From Desulfomonile tiedjei (GTDB lineage Bacteria; Desulfobacterota; Desulfomonilia; Desulfomonilales; Desulfomonilaceae), in contig JACRDG010000054.1 in assembly GCA_016218715.1 (NCBI GenBank), positions 13,940-77,939 on the forward strand: a stretch of 64,000 nucleotides of DNA, in the 5' to 3' direction. The position numbers and the translations under genes are program-made. The stretch's first letter is position 1, and each line of letters begins with the position of its first letter. A model generated the notes under the pieces. It searched no databases. It was not told the DNA's origin and saw only the letters and a program-made list of their open reading frames with translations. This document shows positions 18,517 to 27,317 of this stretch, in pieces.

Positions 18517-18548
18517 GGAGAGACTTGCGCAGCCGAGTCTCTCCTTTC
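18517..18548 (+). terminator. Possible intrinsic terminator or attenuator between the RRM gene and rpsU
   Basis: A 9-bp stem (GGAGAGACT / AGTCTCTCC) with a 10-nt loop, followed only by TTTCC (weak U-tract). Confidence 0.4.
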
Positions 18549-18671
18549 CGGAGACGGCCGGTCGAGCCGGGACAGCAGTTTCCGAGGATATAAATTCTCG
18601 GGTGGCCAAAGCAGGACTTGAGCCTGCCCGAATCTTAAGACTTTCATTTCCAGCCAATGAGGACCCAGCCT

Positions 18672-18881
18672 ATGCCGGGAGTTGTCGTCGGAGAAAACGA
18701 ACCCTTTGAAAATGCCCTAAGAAGGTTTAAGAAGCAGCTTCAAAAATCAGGAGTACTCGGAGAGGCCAAGAAGCGTCGTGCCTATGACAAGCCCAGTGTC
18801 AAAAAGAAAAAGAAATCACTCTTGGCCCGCAAGAGGCTTCTCAAGAAGCTAAGAAGAATGGCTCGCATGAGGCCGAGATAA
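18672..18881 (+). CDS. rpsU: 30S ribosomal protein S21
   Basis: [48 protein letters not shown]... is canonical S21. GAGGA lies ~9 nt upstream of ATG 18672. Confidence 0.92.
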   Translation: MPGVVVGENEPFENALRRFKKQLQKSGVLGEAKKRRAYDKPSVKKKKKSLLARKRLLKKLRRMARMRPR

Positions 18882-18948
18882 TCGTGTCGGCCCTGCCATT
18901 GCTTTTAACTGGGTAGACCGCAAGAGGATTGGCCCCAAGAGAAGAAAC

Positions 18949-19287
18949 ATGAAAACAACTGCAGTCAAGATTGGCGAGGAAGGATTGGCAAAGCGCCTTG
19001 TTAAGGACGTTCACTGCGAATTAACAGCGGCGCTCAAGGGGGCCAGCCTTTGGGATAGTCTCGATTACTTCGAAATTTCGATGGGAATGCAGAAAAGGCA
19101 AGATGCGCCGTTTCCCAGATTCGAATGGCTGTCCTGCGCTCCTGTTACCAGTGCCGGCCATCATTATGTCTACATCGGTGCGGTCTTCAACGGCAGGCAC
19201 AATCTGATTTTTGTGGGTAAGACATCTAAGGGATTCGAGAGAGCATGTGAGGTGGCAAACAGGTGTGCCCGCGAATTGGGGGCCTGA
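18949..19287 (+). CDS. Hypothetical protein (112 aa)
   Basis: ORF with ordinary composition and a weak SD. I recognise no motif. Confidence 0.45.
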   Translation: MKTTAVKIGEEGLAKRLVKDVHCELTAALKGASLWDSLDYFEISMGMQKRQDAPFPRFEWLSCAPVTSAGHHYVYIGAVFNGRHNLIFVGKTSKGFERACEVANRCARELGA

Positions 19288-19781
19288 AAGCCGGTTGCAT
19301 AACTCAATACAGGCGGCCGACCGCCCATCTTGCCAAACTTGTGAACCTTTCCCGGCTTGTGGCCGGCCCCCAAAGGACCACGCACGCCGGGTAGTATGGG
19401 GTTGCTCTATCGCGCACCGATCGCTCTCGGTGTTCGAGATGTCCTCGGTCGACTCTTCAGCCGTCCCTAATAATCTCAGTGTGGGAGGTTTCCAGTCATC
19501 ACTGACGGGAACCGTGCAAGGCAAAAGAACGAGAATAGCCTTCGCCATTCCTCGGAACAGTCCTGAGTCTCACCGGAGTTTTTACGATTATACGCTTGCC
19601 AAGACGTTTCTCCTGACAATAAACTATATTTCACATCTTCTGGCCGTCACTCCTGTAAACGCCGGCGGCGGTTATCGAGACGGATTGCCTTGTATCCTGG
19701 CCCAGTGCGCACGTCGCGAACCACATGCCCCGTGCACGGTGGTTCGAGGATTCAGATAAGGCGTTTCCGAAGTCTCATGGC

Positions 19782-20198
19782 TTACCCCGCTTTGGCAAGA
19801 GCGCTGCGAAGCGTGTTCACGGCCAGGTCTGCGCAGTGGGTGTGCTCCACCGGCAGCCCTCCCAGGTACTCCATCAGATCGTTGCTCGTGATTTTCATGG
19901 CTTCCTGGATCTCGAGTCCTTTAGCCATGCAGGTGAGCGCACTGGAACAGGCGATCGTCGGGCCACACCCGTTGGTAACGAAGCTGATGCGCGTGACGGT
20001 ACTGTCGTCCAGCCCAACATAGATCCCTATCGTATCGCCGCAGATCCCACTCATTGCATTGAAGCAATCGGGGTCTTTCAGTTCGCCGAAATTCCTCGGG
20101 TTCAGGAAATGATCTATGACTCTTGGCGAATAGGTTTTTCGAGCCTCTTTGAGAACCAGTCCTTCAATATCGTCGAATACTTCTTTTTCCCTGCTCAT
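19782..20198 (-). CDS. IscU/NifU-N-type Fe-S cluster scaffold protein
   Basis: The three scaffold cysteines sit in context: GICGDTIG, NGCGPTIACSSAL and HCADLAVNTL. Confidence 0.85.
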   Translation of the reverse strand: MSREKEVFDDIEGLVLKEARKTYSPRVIDHFLNPRNFGELKDPDCFNAMSGICGDTIGIYVGLDDSTVTRISFVTNGCGPTIACSSALTCMAKGLEIQEAMKITSNDLMEYLGGLPVEHTHCADLAVNTLRSALAKAG

Positions 20199-20230
20199 TG
20201 ATTGACCCTGCTGTTGAGTAAGTTGTTTCG

Positions 20231-21277
20231 CTATCCAAAGACCACGGAATCTCCGTTGCCGACATACAGATCACTCTGTGAGCCTCTGCTTCCCGTTCCC
20301 TTAACGAGCGGGTACCCGAGCTCAGCCATCCGTTGGACGGCGAGCAATCCGGTGCAGTGGTTTGCAGCTATTTTCTCGAAGCCGTACGCTCCCATCTTTT
20401 CTATCCACCCGCGTTCTTCCTCTTCGAGGGTACCAAACGGTGCAATATGCAAGCCTCCGTACAGGCCGTAGAGCTTTCCCCCGGCGTTGAGGTTATTGAG
20501 TGCGTAATCGGCAAAGGTCACAATATTCTGATGGCAGCATCCCGTGACGAGAACCAGACCGGCGTCCTTTACGTTGAAGTAGAGCGATTGCTCTCCGCGA
20601 ATCTTCAGGATGATGGGAACGTCAAAACCGACGGAAACCGCACCTTCCATCAATTCGGTGATTTCTCCCACCTGGAATTTAATGATCTCTCCTTTGTGTC
20701 GGATTGCGTTCTTCGGGCCGGCCGCGGCAAAATCGGCTCCCCCAAGATAGCTCATTGCCGGCGGCTGGAAACTGCTTGGGATGATGATCTTTATCTCCGG
20801 GTTGTATCGGAGGACCGCTTCCAGGCCCCAGAAGTGATCGAGATGCTCGTGGGTTATATAGAGGAAAGCGATTTCGCCGTTCTTCAGCATTCGGTCCACG
20901 CCTTCCGCCTTGAGCCGCTCATCCATGTAGTTGACGTTCCAACCCGTGTCCACGAGGAATTTGGTCTTTGCCCCTGTCAGGCTCTCCACCTCAACAAGGG
21001 AGCAGCTCCCGGCCGCGTTGGAAGGAGACCAGTCACTGGTCCATTGGTCCGCCTCTCTTGGGCCCCCTGCTTTCATGAGGTCTGCGAGGAGGACGTGGGT
21101 ATCCCACCAGCCCACTTCTGAAATGCATGTGATCGTAACGCGTTTGCATTCTCCAATAGCTCTCAGATCATGGAGACGGGAATCCATAGGCCGTGCCATG
21201 GAAGCTGAGTCCAGGCTGATCAACGTTCCGCCGATGGCTACGGTCTTACAGAAATTCCCTTGCCACACCGTTTGCAT
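20231..21277 (-). CDS. Metallo-beta-lactamase-fold protein (COG1237-like)
   Basis: ATG 21277 follows AAGGAGA. HxHxDH motif YITHEHLDHFWG, with later GCCHQN and NHCTG. The gene lies 32 nt upstream of the IscU-like gene. Confidence 0.8.
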   Translation of the reverse strand: MQTVWQGNFCKTVAIGGTLISLDSASMARPMDSRLHDLRAIGECKRVTITCISEVGWWDTHVLLADLMKAGGPREADQWTSDWSPSNAAGSCSLVEVESLTGAKTKFLVDTGWNVNYMDERLKAEGVDRMLKNGEIAFLYITHEHLDHFWGLEAVLRYNPEIKIIIPSSFQPPAMSYLGGADFAAAGPKNAIRHKGEIIKFQVGEITELMEGAVSVGFDVPIILKIRGEQSLYFNVKDAGLVLVTGCCHQNIVTFADYALNNLNAGGKLYGLYGGLHIAPFGTLEEEERGWIEKMGAYGFEKIAANHCTGLLAVQRMAELGYPLVKGTGSRGSQSDLYVGNGDSVVFG

Positions 21278-21500
21278 ATTCAGTCTCCTTCGCTGGATAA
21301 GTCGACAGAGTTGATGCCGGTCTCCCGGATAGTCCGCCAGGATCATAACCGCTGGCGCAACCAAGTGCCGGGTTCATGCAAGAGGAACCGCAACAACTGC
21401 ACGGAACGCACCCCTTGTTCGAAAGATGGCTTCCGCACACGGTGGACCGTTTCGCATGGCCGAAAGGCGCGTGAGCGATCGAAATGGCGGAAACGGACAT
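21246..21500 (-). CDS. Possible Cys-rich small protein (84 aa), speculative
   Basis: ATG 21500 has AGGAG 6 nt upstream. The product contains VCGSHLSNKGCVPCSCCGSSCMNPALGC. It overlaps the MBL start by 32 nt. Its composition also fits a GC-rich shadow frame. Confidence 0.25.
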   Translation of the reverse strand: MSVSAISIAHAPFGHAKRSTVCGSHLSNKGCVPCSCCGSSCMNPALGCASGYDPGGLSGRPASTLSTYPAKETEYANGVAREFL

Positions 21501-21637
21501 CAGGTGCTCCTACCGGGATGCACCGCAAAAAACACAAACCGGTCGATCGAAGCTTCTTCCTGTGCGTACAAGGAGTTTACTCACCCAACCGCATTCCGTA
21601 GATCGGTATGTCCATATCGGCATTGGTCTACCTTTTC

Positions 21638-21958
21638 TCAGGGATTCTTTTTCAGGGATTGCAAGACGCTCTCGAGATGAGCAGCTCTCTCAAAATTTTC
21701 GACCCTAATCTCGACAGAGGCCACGCCTCTGACTCCCTCAAGCTTCTTCTTGATGGAGTTAGCCAACGAGTAAGCCATCGGGCAGACAGGCGAAGATGGC
21801 CGAAACACGAGGGCGACGGTGCCATCGGCTCTTACTTCAATATGGTGAATCAGATCCATGCGCATGATGCTCAGGCCGGTTTCCGGGTCGATTATTTCGC
21901 CGAGCGCCCGTCTTACGTGCATTTCGATGCCTTCGGCTTCCACAGGTTTTCTCCTCAT
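21638..21958 (-). CDS. DUF59 / MIP18-family Fe-S assembly protein
   Basis: IIDPETGLSIMRMDLIHHIEV...SSPVCPMA is typical DUF59. Its start overlaps the upstream stop (ATGA). Confidence 0.8.
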   Translation of the reverse strand: MRRKPVEAEGIEMHVRRALGEIIDPETGLSIMRMDLIHHIEVRADGTVALVFRPSSPVCPMAYSLANSIKKKLEGVRGVASVEIRVENFERAAHLESVLQSLKKNP

Positions 21959-22818
21959 GACAGAAGATCCAGCTCCAGCTTCTCCCAGATCTCCCGAATG
22001 GCCAGGTTTGCGGGAGAATCGCCATCTTCCACCACACAGTGTCGCTGAACCATGGACCGGATCACCTGGGGATCGTAAGGGATGTGCCCCAGAACCGCTG
22101 CCTGAGCTTGTTCGGAGACATGCTCGATTTTTTCGGCGACTTCGGGGTTAACATCGTATTTGTTGATAATCACCGACACGGGAATGCGGAACCCTCGTAC
22201 GAGCTGCAAGGCACGCTCCATGTCGTGCAACCCCGACAGCGTCGGCTCGGTCACGATCAAGACTCGGTCCGCTCCCGTAATGGAAGAAATAACGGGGCAC
22301 CCCACTCCGGGAGCCCCGTCCACTAAAATCAGGAGGGTATCCCGCTTTCTCGCCAGGACCTTGGCCTGATTCCTGACGAGCGCAACCAGTTTGCCGGAAT
22401 TCTCCTCACCAGGGTAGAGAGCGGCGTGCACCATAGGACCAAACCGGGTGTCTGAGATGAACCATCGACCGTTCAAGCCCTCCTCAAGAGAGACGGCTCG
22501 TTCAGGACAAACATGAAAGCAAACACCGCACCCCTCACAGGAGAACGGGCTGACCACGAACTCCTCGGAGATCGCCCCAAAGCGACACGATTCCCTACAA
22601 GCGCCGCATTGGGAGCACTTTTCAGCATCAATCCTCGCCTTGGCTCCTCCCCGGAAGTCTTCCTCGTGGAGCCTCTTTGGGTGAGCCAGTATGTGAAGAT
22701 CGGCCGCGTCTACGTCACAGTCGGCCAACACCTTGTCCCGGGCAAGGAACGCGAAACATGCCGTCAGTGTGGTTTTTCCAGTACCGCCCTTGCCGCTGAT
22801 TATGACAAGCTCCTTCAT
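21955..22818 (-). CDS. MinD/ParA-type P-loop ATPase with inserted 2x[4Fe-4S] ferredoxin domain
   Basis: Deviant Walker A GKGGTGKTT, followed by CSQCGACRESC and CEGCGVCFHVCP. Confidence 0.85.
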   Translation of the reverse strand: MKELVIISGKGGTGKTTLTACFAFLARDKVLADCDVDAADLHILAHPKRLHEEDFRGGAKARIDAEKCSQCGACRESCRFGAISEEFVVSPFSCEGCGVCFHVCPERAVSLEEGLNGRWFISDTRFGPMVHAALYPGEENSGKLVALVRNQAKVLARKRDTLLILVDGAPGVGCPVISSITGADRVLIVTEPTLSGLHDMERALQLVRGFRIPVSVIINKYDVNPEVAEKIEHVSEQAQAAVLGHIPYDPQVIRSMVQRHCVVEDGDSPANLAIREIWEKLELDLLS

Positions 22819-23684
22819 GAAATCGCTTCCTTGAGATTTGACGTGCTGCCGTCGATCATTTCGGTGATCTTGGTAAATATTTCCAGGAACAGCTTGATAT
22901 ATTGAGGAGCCGAGACCACGAGGAGATTCCCCCGTGCATACCCGTCAGCGATCTGACGATCGTGGGGTATTTCTGCCAAAAGCGGAATACTTCGCTGAGC
23001 ACAGAACCTCTGCACTTCCTGGTCCCCAACGTCCGAACGGTTCAGAATCACTCCGAGCGGGATGGCGAGATGAGAGACTGCCTCTACTGCAATGCTCAGA
23101 TCGTGCAGTCCGAAAGGAGTGGGCTCCGTAACGAGGATGATGAAATCCGACCCCGTAACCGTGTTAATCACCGGACAGGACGCGCCGGGAGGCGCGTCGA
23201 GAATGGCAATCTTGTTGGGATCGATCTTCTCTTTCACTGCCCTGATGAGCGGGGGAGACATCGCTTCTCCAATCCTGAGGCGCCCGTGGACGAACTCCAC
23301 CGGTCCGGCGAACCCTGATTCCCGGACCCCCAGCTCTCGGGAGCCCTCCTGAATCGCTCCTTCCGGACAGAGAAGCGTGCATCCCCCGCAACCGTGACAC
23401 ATCTCGGGGAAGGTGAGGACCTGGTCCCCGATCACGACTATGGCACTGAACCGACAAACCTCTCCGCACTTCCCGCAGAGCGTGCATTTGTCCGTGTCCA
23501 CAATCGGCACGGGAACGGTTATGGATTCACACCTCTGCAGAACCGGTTTCATGAGGATGTGACAATTGGGCTCTTCCACATCACAGTCCAGCAACTGCGC
23601 TCTCGAGCCGAGTACCGCGGCAAGGCTGGTCGCGATAGTGGTCTTGCCGGTCCCGCCTTTTCCGCTCGCTACGCTTATGATCAT
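22815..23684 (-). CDS. MinD/ParA-type P-loop ATPase with inserted ferredoxin domain (paralog)
   Basis: GKGGTGKTT, CTLCGKCGEVC and CHGCGGCTLLCP. There is a 4-nt overlap with the downstream paralog. Confidence 0.85.
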   Translation of the reverse strand: MIISVASGKGGTGKTTIATSLAAVLGSRAQLLDCDVEEPNCHILMKPVLQRCESITVPVPIVDTDKCTLCGKCGEVCRFSAIVVIGDQVLTFPEMCHGCGGCTLLCPEGAIQEGSRELGVRESGFAGPVEFVHGRLRIGEAMSPPLIRAVKEKIDPNKIAILDAPPGASCPVINTVTGSDFIILVTEPTPFGLHDLSIAVEAVSHLAIPLGVILNRSDVGDQEVQRFCAQRSIPLLAEIPHDRQIADGYARGNLLVVSAPQYIKLFLEIFTKITEMIDGSTSNLKEAIS

Positions 23685-23746
23685 ATGACGCCACTCCCAA
23701 GGCCAAGGCAGCCGGAATGCTTGTTACCACATATTTCCCTGTTCAT
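23681..23746 (-). CDS. 21-codon upstream ORF, translationally coupled to the MinD-ferredoxin gene (speculative)
   Basis: My own translation: MNREICGNKHSGCLGLGSGVI. GGAGG lies 6 nt before ATG 23746. The TGA stop overlaps the ATG of the next gene (ATATGA). Confidence 0.35.
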   Translation of the reverse strand: MNREICGNKHSGCLGLGSGVI

Positions 23747-24012
23747 CGTTCGCCTCCATCGGCGTTACGCATGTGGAAAGGGGCTTGAGACGGACAGTTT
23801 CCGCACCCGCTCGTTTCTCAATCCTTTTCCACTGGCCGGGAGGACCCTCGCCAGGCAACACCGTCCGAGGGCCACTACCTCACACGCCGTGCGGGCGCTC
23901 TCCCGATATGAACCACCGGTACCGCCTCGCGTTCGGCTTATTGGAGACCTTCCCTTCATGTCGTAGGACAACCTCCGGACAAGCTCCCTCAGAATTGCCC
24001 CCCGTCGGAGGC

Positions 24013-24030
24013 ATGCAGCTTCTGTGCCAT
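24013..24030 (-). promoter_or_regulatory. Weak candidate sigma54 promoter upstream of the Fe-S carrier cluster
   Basis: The minus strand reads ATGGCACAGAAGCTGCAT. GG-N10-GC spacing is correct, but the -12 box is CTGC rather than TTGC, and the site is ~270 nt from the first start codon. Confidence 0.25.
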
Positions 24031-24208
24031 ATACGTGGCTGTGACCACCAGCCTACGGGAGAGTCCCGAATGTCAGGAAAACAAAGGCTTGAAGAGAGGC
24101 AAAATGTTGCAAGGTGCACCGTGTTTGATGGCAGCAGGGTGCATTGTGCACCCAAGCCCCCGTTGGGGGGAATATCGACGGACAGATGGGGCGAAGAAAG
24201 AACCGCTC

Positions 24209-24343
24209 ATACCTATGCGCGATCCAAAAAGGAATGCTGCTGACGGGCGCTCCTGGGAGGTCTCCGGAGCGCAGTCAGGCTGTGCCGTCCGGAGCTCACA
24301 GGAAGCTCCTCTGAATATTACTTATTGAAAAGCGCATTGGTAT
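24209..24343 (+). repeat. Copy C of the nested-palindrome element (forward core, ~22-bp internal deletion)
   Basis: ATACCTATGCGC...CCTGGGAGGTCTCCGGAGCGCAGTCAGGCTGTGCCGTCCG then truncated ...GCGCATTGGTAT. The right half of the 14-bp core repeat is missing. Confidence 0.7.
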
Positions 24344-24423
24344 CAAAGGTAGCAGACGAATGGGTATCACATTGAGGTGGAAAAAGAGGTCGTCCAAACG
24401 TGCATGAGATTTTGCAACCAGCT

Positions 24424-25260
24424 CTAATCGAACATGAGCGTGGTAACCTGTACGAGTTCCTGAAGACGTTCGAAGCCGTCTACGTCCATGCCTGTTATCT
24501 CGAACCCAGCTGCACAAGGGGACGATTCGAACGTAGGGAGAAACCATTTACATTCCACTCGCACCCGAAAAGGCTTGAGGTTGGTGCATTCGTCAGGAAC
24601 AACAACGAAGGTCTTTTGTTGACCGACCTCCGCCAGTACACCGGCGACGCCGAGCCCCTTTTCCGTAAGGTCCCTGACCTTACCTCTGTTTTGCGGGTTT
24701 CCTTCGTCGTATACCTTTATCGAAAGTATCGGGTAGCCTCGCACCCAATGCCTCATCTCACGAGGCGTCGCGGGACTGTCCAGATCAGGATAGGCGCTGA
24801 GGAGTTCGTGCCACGTCAAAGCTCCGGAGCGAACAAGCTTCCAAAAAGTGCTTTGAAGGCCACGTGAAGAAAGCTCATATTTCCGCATGAGTTCCGTCTC
24901 ACTCAAACCGGCCCGGACATCCCTGATGATATCTGAAACACTTATTCTTTTCTTGTCTCGCGCTTCTCTCTCTCGAAACAAAGAGATTCCTGCATTCGTC
25001 ATTTCATTCAAGAGTCTCTCCAAGGCGCTGCGGGTCAATTTGTATTTCTTCATCAACCCGGAGTGGGTAACACCCGACCGGACGTCTCGGAGAAGGTCCT
25101 TCACACTCAGCTCTCTGACAACCCCCAGCTCGACCAGTTTCTCGATGAGTTTTTCTAGATCAAGAGGCGATAGTTTGTACTTCACCATGAGAGCGGAATC
25201 GCTCATACCCGACTGGAGATCCTCCAGCACTTGTTTCGCGTCGACCACGAGCTTGCTCAT
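24424..25260 (-). CDS. PilZ-domain (c-di-GMP-binding type) protein with three N-terminal ~40-aa helical repeats
   Basis: ATG 25260 follows AGGGGGGAGAG. Repeats: LEDLQSGMSDSALMVKYKLSPLDLEKL / LRDVRSGVTHSGLMKKYKLTRSALERL / IRDVRAGLSETELMRKYELSSRGLQST. The C-terminal domain carries RHWVR (RxxxR), then DLTEKG (DxS/TxxG) 21 residues later. Confidence 0.7.
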   Translation of the reverse strand: MSKLVVDAKQVLEDLQSGMSDSALMVKYKLSPLDLEKLIEKLVELGVVRELSVKDLLRDVRSGVTHSGLMKKYKLTRSALERLLNEMTNAGISLFREREARDKKRISVSDIIRDVRAGLSETELMRKYELSSRGLQSTFWKLVRSGALTWHELLSAYPDLDSPATPREMRHWVRGYPILSIKVYDEGNPQNRGKVRDLTEKGLGVAGVLAEVGQQKTFVVVPDECTNLKPFRVRVECKWFLPTFESSPCAAGFEITGMDVDGFERLQELVQVTTLMFD

Positions 25261-25312
25261 GCTCTCCCCCCTCGTAAATGTCGGCAATGTGTGAAATTAC
25301 ATCCGCGAAGTG

Positions 25313-25341
25313 ATGTTAGCAACATTACAGCCGATTGACAA
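25313..25341 (-). promoter_or_regulatory. Candidate sigma70 promoter for the PilZ gene
   Basis: Minus strand: TTGTCA, a 17-nt spacer, then TAACAT, about 50 nt upstream of the ATG. Confidence 0.35.
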
Positions 25342-25786
25342 GGGCCTTTGTGACGGGGCAAGAGACTCTTCTTCCGGGGTCCGCCTACGGCCGCGGTCAA
25401 TCCGAATCCACTAAAGGTGCCCGAATCCAATTTCGCCCTGTCGAGTAGCTCCAGAGCAGCATTACAGGGGTGTGACGTTTCCTCTTCGTCCTTCCGGATT
25501 CGCGCCGCTATGGCTTCGCATTTCTGTATCCGATAAGGCCAATCCTAAAAGCACCTGTTTCGTCGATAGCCGAACGGATCAAGGCTCTGGCATTCAGGCT
25601 ATACCCTGAGGTCGGGATCAATGATAGATGGCCCCCAGAGCCATATCACGGACCTTCCGAGCCGTAAGAATATGAAAAGACTTGATTCCTCTTGCTCGGC
25701 AACGAGATTTGTCTTACTGTTATGCCCATCACGGATGCAGACTCCATTCGACCGCGGAGCCAGCAAGGAAGAGCAAAGGGGGCGGC

Positions 25787-27214
25787 GTGACAGACGACAA
25801 CAAGAACAGAGGCGAGCTGATTCGCGAGCTCGAGGAATTGCGTCAGCTCGTTTCCTTGCTACAAGCCAGAGGAGCGGATGCAGAAGACTCTTGGCGCCGC
25901 GCCCAGCAACGTGGCCAAGGGGAACCACGAGCGGATGAGTTCGCTGAGACACGAGAATTCCCAGACCGCCTCCTTCGCACCGAAGAGCGCACCGAGACGA
26001 TTGACCTCGGTGCGCTCTTCACTAAAGAGATCACGGATTCCGGCAGTTTCGACATACGGGGAGGAATCTGGGCCACCACGTTTGGGAAGGTCCTACAGGC
26101 ACTTCCTATTCCCGCCATGGTACTCGACCAATCGGGCAAGGTCACGGTGGCCAACGAAGCCTCCGGAAGAATCAGTACAGATTACGAAAGTATCCTCGGC
26201 TCTGCATTTTCTGACCTGTTCCCCAATCCCGCTGTATCCGAGAGGGTCGGCACCCTCGTGGAAGAGGTATTCTCCACGAGAAAGGCCAGGGTAGGCGAAG
26301 GAATTATCCAGATAAAGGAGAGCAGGGTATGGGCTCGTATGACTTTTCGGGCTGTCAGGATAGCTCTCGACCGATTTGTGCTCGTCTTAGTTGAGGACCT
26401 CACCGCCGAAAAGAAACAGCTTCAGATTCAGAAGAGGCTCCGCCGAGAACTCGAGGGTGCGCTGGTCACCGCAAGGAAGCTCCAGGCTGAAGCAGATGCG
26501 GCCAACCGAGCCAAGAGCAACTTCCTCGCAAGCATGAGCCATGAATTGCGTACGCCCCTCAATGCGATCATCGGCTTTTCACAAATTATGCAAGGCCAGA
26601 CCACCGGCAATCTCAATGAGCACCAACTGAGTCATGTGAACGACATCTTTGATGCCGGGCTTCATCTACTCGACCTCATTAATGACATCCTCGACCTCGA
26701 AAAGGTTGAGTCTGGTACGATGGAACTGCGGCTCTCGGGAGTCAGCTTGAGGGGCCTTCTGGAGAGCAGTCTCGTCATGATCAGAGAACAGGCCCTCAAG
26801 AGGGGGCTTGCCCTGGGCCTTAGCATTCCCGACGAACTGGCAGAGTTGCCGTTTCGGGTCGACGAGATCAAATTCAAACAAATTATGTTCAACCTGCTCT
26901 CCAACGCGGTAAAGTTCACGCCGGATGGGGGGCGTATCAACGTCGCGGTGACGAGAGAGGGCGATCGACTCGTCTTCACGGTGTCAGACACGGGAATTGG
27001 CTTGGCGCCTCATGACCAGGCGCGTATTTTTGATGAGTTCGTGCAGGTGAACTCATCCTATGCCCGTCGGGAACAGGGAACCGGCTTGGGACTGGCATTG
27101 ACGCGCAACCTCGTGCAGTTACATGGTGGTGGTATTTGGGTCGAGAGTGACGGGCTAGGAAAAGGCTCGAAATTCTTCTTCAGCATACCTTTGGAGACAC
27201 AGCAGGAACCCTAG
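25787..27214 (+). CDS. PAS-domain sensor histidine kinase
   Basis: Coiled-coil N-terminus, a PAS module (IPAMVLDQSGKVTVANEA), H-box SHELRTPLNAIIGFSQ, and ATPase motifs NLLSNAVKFT, DTGIGL, GTGLGLAL. The start is uncertain: GTG 25787 after AAGGGGG, or TTG 25682. Confidence 0.85.
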   Translation: MTDDNKNRGELIRELEELRQLVSLLQARGADAEDSWRRAQQRGQGEPRADEFAETREFPDRLLRTEERTETIDLGALFTKEITDSGSFDIRGGIWATTFGKVLQALPIPAMVLDQSGKVTVANEASGRISTDYESILGSAFSDLFPNPAVSERVGTLVEEVFSTRKARVGEGIIQIKESRVWARMTFRAVRIALDRFVLVLVEDLTAEKKQLQIQKRLRRELEGALVTARKLQAEADAANRAKSNFLASMSHELRTPLNAIIGFSQIMQGQTTGNLNEHQLSHVNDIFDAGLHLLDLINDILDLEKVESGTMELRLSGVSLRGLLESSLVMIREQALKRGLALGLSIPDELAELPFRVDEIKFKQIMFNLLSNAVKFTPDGGRINVAVTREGDRLVFTVSDTGIGLAPHDQARIFDEFVQVNSSYARREQGTGLGLALTRNLVQLHGGGIWVESDGLGKGSKFFFSIPLETQQEP

Positions 27215-27293
27215 TACTCGATTTCCTCAATACAGTCGCGTATTTCTGAAGGACACGGTTGCCGTTTATCGCCGTGGCCTCGCTGGCTGTTCG

Positions 27294-27317
27294 GTGGGAT
27301 AGGCGTCCCGCCTGTCA
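27294..27317 (+). repeat. Degenerate copy of a 23-nt GC-rich hairpin motif
   Basis: GTGGGATAGGCGTCCCGCCTGTCA compared with GTGGGACAGGCATCTTGCCTGTCA at 41452. Confidence 0.4.
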
